A DNA stretch of 64,000 nucleotides from Brachyspira murdochii (lineage in GTDB: Bacteria > Spirochaetota > JAAYUW01), in the NCBI GenBank assembly GCA_020722965.1, contig DYJT01000008.1, positions 28,474-92,473 on the forward strand, in the 5' to 3' direction. Below the pieces are notes generated by a model that saw nothing but the letters and a program-made list of their open reading frames with translations, was not told where the DNA came from and searched no databases. Within the stretch, counting starts at the first letter, position 1. The number at the start of each line of letters is the position of its first letter. A program made the translations under genes and the position numbers. This document shows, in pieces, positions 1 to 8,374 of this stretch.

Positions 1-239
1 CTACCAAATATATCTGTTCCAAAAGGTGCGGTTTTATCCTGAAAAGGTTGAACAAAAGATCTATTGACATCTTCTATGTGTTGAGTTGATAAATCGTAAA
101 TATGTCCAAAATTTAAAGCAGACAAAATTGCCATCATTATGTAAATAAATATTATTATAACCATGACCATCGCAAGTTTGTTTCTATAAATTCTTCTTGC
201 TGCATCAAAAAGTAAACTTCTTCCTTTTATTGGTTCCAT
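1..239 (-). CDS. Oligopeptide/dipeptide ABC transporter permease, OppC/DppC-like; N-terminal part only, 3' end runs off the window
   Basis: Reverse translation from ATG at 239 gives MEPIKGRSLLFDAARRIYRNKLAMVMVIIIFIYIMMAIL..., a typical OppC N-terminus with a TM helix. Lies directly downstream of the OppB-like gene on the same strand. Confidence 0.6.
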   Translation of the reverse strand, partial: MEPIKGRSLLFDAARRIYRNKLAMVMVIIIFIYIMMAILSALNFGHIYDLSTQHIEDVNRSFVQPFQDKTAPFGTDIFG

Positions 240-259
240 AATTTTTCTCCTTAATAGAT

Positions 260-1201
260 TTATGTTAATTTAACCCTTGGATCTACAATGCTATACGAAA
301 TATCTGTGATAAGAGAAAAAAGTATAAAAAACAAAGTATAAACGACAACCATGCCTTTTAACACAGGTAAATCATAGCTAGCTACTGCGGTAACTGTCAA
401 ATCACCAATACCAGGTATAGAGAAAAACCTTTCTGTTAACAAAGCTCCTAAAAGCAAACCAGGAATAGACATTATAACAGAAGTTAATATCGGGATTAAT
501 GCATTTTTAAATACATGGGTATACATTATTTTCCTTGTCGAAAGGCCTTTTGCTTTTGCCGTCCTAACATAATCTTTGTTAACTTCTTCAACAAATACAG
601 TTCTATAATATCTAACACTTCCGCCAACGCTAGCAAAAGTTAATAATATCCATGGAAGGGCAAGATATTTTATTCTTTCTAGCCCGAAACCCCAGCCTGA
701 TATTGGAAATATCTTTAATATCCCAGCAAGTAAAGTTTGACCAAGAATGATGAGAGCTAAATAAGGAAAGGCCATAAATATAGTCGCTAAAACCGTAATT
801 GTTTTGTCTAGAAATTTTCCTCTGAAAAAAGCACAAACAAGTGCTAGAGAAATCGAGATAATAAAATCAAAAACAAATGGGGGGAATGTTACACTAAGAG
901 AGACAGGGACACATCTTGCAATTAAACTGGAAATTCTTTGTTTTTTAGAATATGATTTTCCAAAATCCATCGTTGCAGCTTGTTTTATGTAATCTAAATA
1001 TTGTAGTATCAATGGTTTATCAAGCCCCAACTGATGTTTTAAAATTTTAACCTGTTCAGCAGTTCTAGATTTAGGAGATAACATGTTGTACAATACCCTT
1101 TCCTGCCCACCAATAACATTGAAAAGCAAAAAGAATATTAACATACAACCAAGTAAAGTTGGTATTAAATTGAGTAGCTTTCTGATAATATAATTAATCA
1201 T
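260..1201 (-). CDS. Oligopeptide/dipeptide ABC transporter permease, OppB/DppB-like
   Basis: 313 aa, multi-TM binding-protein-dependent transport permease. Has the characteristic ...AKAKGLSTRKIMYTHVFKNALIPILT... (EAA-like) motif. Confidence 0.8.
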   Translation of the reverse strand: MINYIIRKLLNLIPTLLGCMLIFFLLFNVIGGQERVLYNMLSPKSRTAEQVKILKHQLGLDKPLILQYLDYIKQAATMDFGKSYSKKQRISSLIARCVPVSLSVTFPPFVFDFIISISLALVCAFFRGKFLDKTITVLATIFMAFPYLALIILGQTLLAGILKIFPISGWGFGLERIKYLALPWILLTFASVGGSVRYYRTVFVEEVNKDYVRTAKAKGLSTRKIMYTHVFKNALIPILTSVIMSIPGLLLGALLTERFFSIPGIGDLTVTAVASYDLPVLKGMVVVYTLFFILFSLITDISYSIVDPRVKLT

Positions 1202-1330
1202 AAAGTATAACTCCTTTTTTCGCTGACTTAGGCAAAGTTTACATATAAATAAATGTAAATCAAGTATTTTGTTTAATTTTATTTAAGTTGTAGTATAATT
1301 TGTAAGAAAATATATATAAAGAAAAAATTT

Positions 1331-2584
1331 TTGATCAGGTTTTATATGAAATTTTATATCAAAAAAAAAGAATTGGAAATTATTATCAAATTGTTTAACT
1401 CTTTTTCAAAGACTCAAAACATAAATCAACTTTTAGAATATATAATTGATTCATCAATAATCTTAGCGAATTGTGATGCAGGAACTATTTATTTAAAAAA
1501 CGATGAAGATATGCTTGATTTTGCATTTTCTAAATCACTTTATCTTTCTTCGAAATATTCAGAAGAATTAGTTCAGGAAATTTTTAAGCCATTTCAACTT
1601 AAAATCGATGAAAATTCTATTGCTGGTTATTGTGCATCATCAAGGAAAATAATTAACATCAGTGATATCAAAAAACTTGGAGATATTGTCACATTCAAAT
1701 ATAATGACTATTGGGACAAAAAATATGGATATACAACCATTTCCATGCTCACACTTCCATTGGAAAACAATCAAAACGATCTTATTGGAGTTCTTCAACT
1801 TATAAATGCGAAAAATCCAAAAGATCAGCAAATAATACCTTTTTCAAAAAGGATTGAATATATAATAGAAACTATTGCCCAGCAATCGGCTATTGCTATT
1901 GATAATTTTCAATTGACTAACAAACTCTATATATCGCAGGTTGAGACTATATTAAAACTCGGTATTGCATCTGAATATAAAGATAAGGATACATATAGCC
2001 ATCTTAAAAGAATGAGTGAATATAGTAAACTTTTGGCATATAAAATAAAAAAGTCTAAATCTTATGCAGAAAATATTAGACTTGCCTCTATGATGCATGA
2101 TATTGGCAAAATTGGTATCCCTGACAATATCTTATTAAAGCCTGGTAATTTAAATGCAGACGAAAGGAAAATAATGCAAAAACATACTATATATGGAGCA
2201 ATGATTTTAAAAGATTCGGAAGCTTATGTACTTCAGCTTGCGGCAAGGATAGCCTTAACTCATCATGAAAAATGGGATGGTTCGGGTTATCCTCTTGGAT
2301 TAAAAGGAGAAGGGATACCGTTGGAAGGTCGCATTGTCGCCCTGGCAGATGTTTTTGATGCTCTATCATCTAAAAGAGTATATAAAGAAGCTTTGAATAT
2401 TGATGAGTGTAAAAAGTTTTTGCTTGAACAAAAGGGGAACCACTTTGATCCCAATTTAGTAGCTATTTTTATAGATCTATTACCAGAAGTACTAAGAATT
2501 AGAGATCAATATTCCAGTGAAGGTTTAATCGAACCAGAAATATTTTCGATTGGAGATATAATTGTTGATCTTTCAACAATTTAA
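1331..2584 (+). CDS. GAF-domain HD-GYP c-di-GMP phosphodiesterase
   Basis: C-terminal HD-GYP signature (MMHDIGKIGIP ... HHEKWDGSGYPLGLKG) preceded by an N-terminal GAF-like region. Confidence 0.8.
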   Translation: MIRFYMKFYIKKKELEIIIKLFNSFSKTQNINQLLEYIIDSSIILANCDAGTIYLKNDEDMLDFAFSKSLYLSSKYSEELVQEIFKPFQLKIDENSIAGYCASSRKIINISDIKKLGDIVTFKYNDYWDKKYGYTTISMLTLPLENNQNDLIGVLQLINAKNPKDQQIIPFSKRIEYIIETIAQQSAIAIDNFQLTNKLYISQVETILKLGIASEYKDKDTYSHLKRMSEYSKLLAYKIKKSKSYAENIRLASMMHDIGKIGIPDNILLKPGNLNADERKIMQKHTIYGAMILKDSEAYVLQLAARIALTHHEKWDGSGYPLGLKGEGIPLEGRIVALADVFDALSSKRVYKEALNIDECKKFLLEQKGNHFDPNLVAIFIDLLPEVLRIRDQYSSEGLIEPEIFSIGDIIVDLSTI

Positions 2585-2667
2585 CTTTCAGCAATTTAAA
2601 ATAAAGATATATTTTTAACCTATAATTAAAAAACTTGATACAAGAATATTTATTAATAACAATATTA

Positions 2668-3666
2668 TCAATGAATAGGAACTAAAATATATCCCGAAAT
2701 CAGCCAGATCTGATTTTTTAATACTAAGTAAAATTCGCCTTCGAATTTTTCGATTATATTTTTATAGTTGAATTCAAGATAAACATTAATTACCGCTTTA
2801 TCTTTTTCAATTATTGATTTTTTAATTTCATAATGAATCAATTCATTATAAAATTCTTCTATTCTTTCCTTTTTAAAATCCTCGATTATCTTTAATCTTT
2901 CTTTTTCTGATGCGTATGTATAAATATCTCTATACTTTGAGAATTGAATTATATATGAATCAAAATCAAATAAAGAAAAATAAAGTTCCCAATTATGTTC
3001 TATTCTTGCATTCAAAGCCATTTCCACAATTTTATATGGAGGAAGATCCTTCAAGTTTTTTTGAATTTTTTTGGCTTCAACATATTCACTTGCCTGTTTT
3101 TCAGAAGGGAAAAAACTTTTTGCTGGGTTTAATTCGAGTTTTAATATGTTTTTAGTTAAAATTACCTGATCTCTTTCTATTGAAGTATAGAACAACCCTT
3201 GAATAAAATATATACCACTTTGCTTAAAATCAAACCATTGACTTATATCCACCGTATATGACATGCTTTGAAAAGGTGAAAGCAAAATTGATCTTGTAAA
3301 TACCTTTTCCTTGGTCGCTTTAGCTAGGATATAATATTTTGAATATGGAACCTGTTCGGCATATGAAGTGAAAACCTTGAAATCTATTGAAAACATAAGA
3401 TTTTCTGCTATTTCCAAAAAATAATTGTTTGGGGATTTATTTGTTATTTCAATTCTTACCAAAATCGGAGAACCTACAAAATATATCTCTTCATTCTCAA
3501 ATCTCAAATATAGATCAATCATATTGTTTATATCTTCAGAACTAAAACTAAAAAGAATAAAAATTGAGAAAATGAATATTAATAGAATGACAATATTTTT
3601 TATTTTAATTGGCATCATATCCCTCATAATTTTATTATTGTTTTTTTTAATTTCGGTTTTTTGCAA
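2668..3666 (-). CDS. Hypothetical membrane-anchored or secreted protein
   Basis: 332 aa ORF with an N-terminal hydrophobic segment. No recognisable motif. Confidence 0.4.
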   Translation of the reverse strand: MQKTEIKKNNNKIMRDMMPIKIKNIVILLIFIFSIFILFSFSSEDINNMIDLYLRFENEEIYFVGSPILVRIEITNKSPNNYFLEIAENLMFSIDFKVFTSYAEQVPYSKYYILAKATKEKVFTRSILLSPFQSMSYTVDISQWFDFKQSGIYFIQGLFYTSIERDQVILTKNILKLELNPAKSFFPSEKQASEYVEAKKIQKNLKDLPPYKIVEMALNARIEHNWELYFSLFDFDSYIIQFSKYRDIYTYASEKERLKIIEDFKKERIEEFYNELIHYEIKKSIIEKDKAVINVYLEFNYKNIIEKFEGEFYLVLKNQIWLISGYILVPIH

Positions 3667-3720
3667 AAATATTGAAATAATAGATTAAAGAATTATCTTT
3701 GAAAAAAAAAGAGGTTTAAG

Positions 3721-4461
3721 TTGCGATTACTTTTTTTGAACGAAAAATTCAAAAAAGATAACCTTTATTATCTATCTTTAGAAGATAGTAAACATTTAAT
3801 TGCAAATAGATTTTCTATAGGAAATACTATAGATGCTGTTATTGATGATAAATTTGGTAAATTTACCATAAAAACGATCATAAAAAAAATCGTCTATGGT
3901 GAATTTCATCATATATCTTTGATTAAATCTTTTAATTCTAAACTATTTTTGATAATAGGGTTACCAAAAGATAGAGCGTTGATTCCAATTGTAGAGAAAT
4001 CCTCAGAGATTGGAGTAAATCAGATTTATCTTATTCCTTTAAATCATTCAGATAGAAAAAGTTTAAATGAAAACCAACTTTTAAGACTAAAAAAAATAGC
4101 TATAGAGGGATGCAAGCAGTCGGGAAATCCAAATATCCTGAAAATTGTTTATTTTGAATCACTCGAATCTATATTCAAAGATCTATCTTTACTAAATTGC
4201 ATTAAAATTTTTCTTGATGAAGAAGTAGATTTTAATAATAATTTTTTTAATTTAATTAATAAAAATAAAGTTGAAAGATTTAAAAATGTTGTTAATTTAA
4301 TTGGACCAGAAGGAGGACTATCCAGCCAAGAAAAGAGATTACTGATGCAAAATGATTTTTATCCTATAAGTTTAGGTAAGAATATATTACGGACTGAAAC
4401 TGCTGCAATAGTCTCATCTTTTTTAATTAAATCTTATCAAAATATAAATTTTGAAAATTAA
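3721..4461 (+). CDS. rsmE: 16S rRNA (uracil1498-N3) methyltransferase RsmE-like
   Basis: 246 aa. C-terminal SPOUT-type motif NLIGPEGGLSSQEKRLL is typical of RsmE. Apparent TTG start. Confidence 0.7.
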   Translation: MRLLFLNEKFKKDNLYYLSLEDSKHLIANRFSIGNTIDAVIDDKFGKFTIKTIIKKIVYGEFHHISLIKSFNSKLFLIIGLPKDRALIPIVEKSSEIGVNQIYLIPLNHSDRKSLNENQLLRLKKIAIEGCKQSGNPNILKIVYFESLESIFKDLSLLNCIKIFLDEEVDFNNNFFNLINKNKVERFKNVVNLIGPEGGLSSQEKRLLMQNDFYPISLGKNILRTETAAIVSSFLIKSYQNINFEN

Positions 4462-4482
4462 TCTTCAGGAGATATTTTTTTT

Positions 4483-5259
4483 ATGAATCGTTTTTCTCTT
4501 TTTAATATTAAAATAACAGATGGTACACAAGAAGAATACATTGAACTTGTTTTTAAGAATCTTGAAAATGGTAAAAAGACACATATTGTTACACTAAATT
4601 CTCTTATGCTTTTAAAATCTTTGTTTTCAAAAAAATTTAAAAATATCCTTCAGAAAGCAGAATTAGTATTTATCGAAAGTTATGGTGTAGAACTTGCATG
4701 CAAACTTCTTGGGATTAAAATAAACAAAAGAATTGCTGGTATAGACTTTTTCAGGGATTTACTCTATTATATTGATCAATATGACAAGACTGTTTATCTA
4801 TTAGGCGGTAGTTTTAATACATTGATGAAAACCGAAAAAAACATTAAACTTGCATACCCAAAGATTAGAATTGTCGGAAGATATTATGGTTTTTTTAAAA
4901 AAGAAGAAGAAAAAAAAATCAATATCGCAATACAAAAGGCTGCCCCAGATTTTATTTTTGTCGCATTGGGATCTCCCAAGCAAGAGAATTGGATCTTTTC
5001 TAATATCGATAAAATTAAGATTGGAATGGGTGTAGGTGGTTCATTTGATGTATTTTCAGGTAAAAGGAAAAGAGCCCCTAAATTTTTCATAAATAATAAC
5101 ATTGAGTGGCTTTATAGAATTTTATTTATTCCAGGAAAATTCTTCCTGATTTTTCCTTTATCATTATTTGGTTTTATAATAATATTTTACTCACTTATTT
5201 ATAGGATAAAAAAAATCTTTATTAAAAATAAGATTAATCTGGAGAAAGATTATGATTGA
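4483..5259 (+). CDS. WecB/TagA/CpsF-family glycosyltransferase
   Basis: 258 aa with family-typical blocks (HIVTLNS..., LLGGSFNTL..., FVALGSPKQENW, GVGGSFDVFSGKRKRAPK...WLYRI). Overlaps the hisS start by 8 nt. Confidence 0.75.
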   Translation: MNRFSLFNIKITDGTQEEYIELVFKNLENGKKTHIVTLNSLMLLKSLFSKKFKNILQKAELVFIESYGVELACKLLGIKINKRIAGIDFFRDLLYYIDQYDKTVYLLGGSFNTLMKTEKNIKLAYPKIRIVGRYYGFFKKEEEKKINIAIQKAAPDFIFVALGSPKQENWIFSNIDKIKIGMGVGGSFDVFSGKRKRAPKFFINNNIEWLYRILFIPGKFFLIFPLSLFGFIIIFYSLIYRIKKIFIKNKINLEKDYD

Positions 5260-6544
5260 GCCCAGAATTTTAAAAGGTTTTAAAGATTCATTACCTAACG
5301 AAGAATTTTATAAAAAAAATCTTATAAATAAAATAGAAAAGATTTTAAACCTTTTCGGCTATCTTCCGATAGATACTCCTGCAATAGAATATCAAGATAT
5401 ATTGTTAGGTAAAGGTGGTGGAGAAACAGATAAACAGGTGTTTTTATTTAAAGATAAAGGTGAAAGAGATGTCGGTTTAAGATATGATTTGACAGTACCT
5501 CTTGCACGTTTTGTCGCAATGCATGAAAACGAATTAACATTCCCATTTAAAAGATACCATATTGCAAAAGTCTGGAGAGGAGAAAAGCCACAAAAAGGAA
5601 GGTTTAGAGAATTTTATCAAGCAGATTTCGATATAATAGGTGTAAATAGCGTTGAATCAGATATAGAGATAATTTTGCTTATCTATTCTCTTTTGACCGA
5701 CCTCGGAATCAAAGATATAATAATAAAGATAAACGATAGAGAATTGATGCACCAAATATTTGAAAAACTCAATGTTGAAAATTATGAGAAAGAAATTCTC
5801 TTGATCTTAGATAAATATTATAAGGTTTCACAAGACCAGATAATTGAAAATTTAAAAGAATTGATCGGCAACAAAAATATTGAGATAATAAAATTAATAC
5901 AAAATGCGAATAATGGGAATTTTTTTAACATTCTGAAAACAGAATATGGTATTGAAAATACGAGATTAGAAAAAATTTTTAAGATAATTGATAAAATTAA
6001 CCTGAATAAAAATATTATCTTAGATTGTGCAATAACTAGAGGTTTAGATTATTACACTGGAATTGTTTTTGAATCATTTATAAAAGATGCTATTGAACTT
6101 GGCTCGGTCTGTTCCGGAGGTAGATACGAAAATCTTACATCCACATTTTGTAAAAACAAATATTCAGCAATAGGTGGCTCAATTGGTTTAGATAGATTAT
6201 TGTACTACCTTATAGAAAAAAAGATGATAGATAAAATATCATATTGTTTGGTTTTAATTGCCAATCTTAATGAAGAAGATTATCTATTTTATCTTGATAT
6301 ATTAAAAGATTTACATGATCATAAAATTTCTTCGGAAATTTACCTTACAAGTACAAAGCTTAAAAAACAATTTAAATATGCAGAGGATAAAAATATTCCT
6401 TATTTATTAATTACCGGAGAAGAAGAAAAAAATAAAGGGATTTTAAAACTCAAAAATATAAAGACTGGTGAAGAATTTTTATTCCACTCAATTGAAGAAA
6501 TTTCAAACTATCTAAAAAAACCGCAGAATTCGATCAATTTTTGA
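5252..6544 (+). CDS. hisS: Histidyl-tRNA synthetase
   Basis: 430 aa with class II aaRS motifs (FRYDLTVPLARF, RFREFYQADFDIIG, GGRYENL). Confidence 0.9.
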   Translation: MIEPRILKGFKDSLPNEEFYKKNLINKIEKILNLFGYLPIDTPAIEYQDILLGKGGGETDKQVFLFKDKGERDVGLRYDLTVPLARFVAMHENELTFPFKRYHIAKVWRGEKPQKGRFREFYQADFDIIGVNSVESDIEIILLIYSLLTDLGIKDIIIKINDRELMHQIFEKLNVENYEKEILLILDKYYKVSQDQIIENLKELIGNKNIEIIKLIQNANNGNFFNILKTEYGIENTRLEKIFKIIDKINLNKNIILDCAITRGLDYYTGIVFESFIKDAIELGSVCSGGRYENLTSTFCKNKYSAIGGSIGLDRLLYYLIEKKMIDKISYCLVLIANLNEEDYLFYLDILKDLHDHKISSEIYLTSTKLKKQFKYAEDKNIPYLLITGEEEKNKGILKLKNIKTGEEFLFHSIEEISNYLKKPQNSINF

Positions 6545-6852
6545 AGTATCTGCCCGTATTCTTTATCTTTTTCTAAAATCTGCAGACCTATATCGTAGAA
6601 ATTTTCGTTTAAATCTTTAGATATTCTCTTGACAATACCTGTAAATCTCAGGTTATCCCCTTCATTTAATTCTTTTGGTAATTTTAATTTTAATTTTAAT
6701 TGTTTACCCTCAGGTATCTCTGTTTCAGACATCATCAATATACCACCCTCGGAAATATCTAAAAGATAGCCAATTAGAACATCATTTTCATCGAAAATTC
6801 TTAGATAAAATATAAGATGTCTTCTTGTGTATTTTCTTCTGTCCACAATCAA
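6508..6852 (-). CDS. Stand-alone PilZ-domain (c-di-GMP receptor) protein
   Basis: 114 aa. Begins with a RRKYTRRH motif followed by DISEGGILM, the two halves of the PilZ c-di-GMP binding signature. Its 3' end overlaps the 3' end of hisS convergently by 37 nt. Confidence 0.65.
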   Translation of the reverse strand: MIVDRRKYTRRHLIFYLRIFDENDVLIGYLLDISEGGILMMSETEIPEGKQLKLKLKLPKELNEGDNLRFTGIVKRISKDLNENFYDIGLQILEKDKEYGQILQKLIEFCGFFR

Positions 6853-6912
6853 ACCCCTTTTTTGTTTATTGATAATACAAATTGATTATAAAATAAATAA
6901 ATTAAGTTTCAA

Positions 6913-8247
6913 TTAAATACTTTTAATATTTTGTAAAACAATCTGCTGTTCTTCTATACTTAATCCAAAAGATCTAATTATATCTTTTCTTGTTAATATC
7001 CCTATAATTTTCTTATCTTCTAAAACTGGAAGATGTCCTATATTATATTTTTGAAGCAAGCTTTCTGCTTGCTCGATATTCATATCTTTTGTAGCAGTTA
7101 TAACTTTTTTATGCATATAAGCACTAACCGGAGAGTTAATCTGATTTATTTTTCTTGCTTTCATAATATCTCGAAGCGAAATAAAGCCTACAATATTATT
7201 TTCTGAATCTATTACCGGTGCTCCTGTGTGGTTAAAAGATTCTAAAAATATTGAAGCATCCTTAATGGTCCAATTTTCATTAATTGCTTTGACATTTTTT
7301 GTCATTATATCTTCAACTTTTTTTGGAAGTTTAATTGTCTCATTCAAATGTTCTTTAAATGATAAGAAAACTTTTCTAAGCTCACTATTTTCCAGTCTTG
7401 CAGAACCAGCAAAAATATGCCCACCTCCATTAAATCTATGCATTATTAAATTTATATCTATTTCCTCTTTCCTACTTCTACCAATTAATAATCCTTTTTC
7501 GCTATCTGCAAACTGAAAAAAAGCAAAATATCCATCTGGGTTTTCAATCTCAAAAATCTTTTCAACAATACCTGAAAGTCCAGCAAATTGTTGATCCATT
7601 TCCATGTAAGAAAGTATTATGAAATGACCCTTTATCGTCTTGTATATCAAATTGTTAAGTAAATTATGGAATAACGAAATCTGCCCCTGCCCATTTAAAA
7701 TATTAATTTTTCTTGTTGCAATCTTGATGTCCGCACCATTTTTAATAAGATAATTAGCAGCGGCAAAATCAATATCTTTAGTATTAACATGTGTAAAATT
7801 ACCCGTATCGGCATATATGCCTGTAAGAGCTATCGTCGCATCAATAGGATTTAATCTTATAGAATTTTCAATTAAAACCGAAGCTATCAAGGATGCATTT
7901 GCACCACATTCTTTAGAGATTAATTTAGCATTATCTATATCAAAACTATCCTCAATATGATGATCCCATACTTCAATCTCTACTGGTAAATTCAAAATTG
8001 AATTATACTCTTTTAATCTAGCTTTAGTTCTTGTATCAACTATGACAATTTTGGTTATCGAATCCAGGGCTACCTCATTTATAGATTTTAACTGCAAAAA
8101 GTCTGAATATAATGAATAGATGCTCTTTGCGATAGGGTGAATCAAGCTACTTCTTATTAAAACTGCTTCGGGGTAAATATAGCGCATAAGAACCATTGAA
8201 GCAAGGCAATCATTATCAGTATTTGAATGACCTATTATCACAATCAT
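6913..8247 (-). CDS. DHH/DHHA1 phosphoesterase with tandem CBS domains (NrnA-like)
   Basis: N-terminal DHH motifs (IIGHSNTDNDCL, DHH at WDHHIED), DHHA1 region (GGGHIFAGSA) and a C-terminal CBS pair. Confidence 0.75.
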   Translation of the reverse strand: MIVIIGHSNTDNDCLASMVLMRYIYPEAVLIRSSLIHPIAKSIYSLYSDFLQLKSINEVALDSITKIVIVDTRTKARLKEYNSILNLPVEIEVWDHHIEDSFDIDNAKLISKECGANASLIASVLIENSIRLNPIDATIALTGIYADTGNFTHVNTKDIDFAAANYLIKNGADIKIATRKINILNGQGQISLFHNLLNNLIYKTIKGHFIILSYMEMDQQFAGLSGIVEKIFEIENPDGYFAFFQFADSEKGLLIGRSRKEEIDINLIMHRFNGGGHIFAGSARLENSELRKVFLSFKEHLNETIKLPKKVEDIMTKNVKAINENWTIKDASIFLESFNHTGAPVIDSENNIVGFISLRDIMKARKINQINSPVSAYMHKKVITATKDMNIEQAESLLQKYNIGHLPVLEDKKIIGILTRKDIIRSFGLSIEEQQIVLQNIKSI

Positions 8248-8374
8248 AATTATAATTTATAATATAATTTAAAAAAATCAAAAATTAATTATAGTTGTTG
8301 ACAAATTTTATTTTTTTCAATAAATCAGCTATATGTTAAAAGCAATATGAGCAATATGAGAAAAATTTAATTAT

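Noticed and set aside
630-992. Small ORFs (630-836 minus, 804-992 plus) inside the OppB-like gene
   Set aside because: Embedded in or antisense to a well-supported permease gene, with low-complexity translations. The same applies to the other 60-106 aa ORFs nested in large genes: 1640-1831, 2187-2369, 2910-3155, 3425-3688, 4801-5102, 7226-7516, 9349-9543, 9805-10065, 12878-13120, 14015-14221, 14540-14812, 16396-16590, 17331-17516, 19515-19706, 20047-20268, 21754-22074, 22131-22343, 22674-22925, 23849-24118, 25380-25571, 27229-27447, 31099-31314, 33526-33795, 35427-35678, 36771-37202, 37807-38322, 39515-39736, 40254-40448, 40906-41614, 44207-44568, 47843-48067, 50679-50888, 51985-52230, 53494-53706, 57191-57784, 59693-60070, 60691-60873, 61448-61705.
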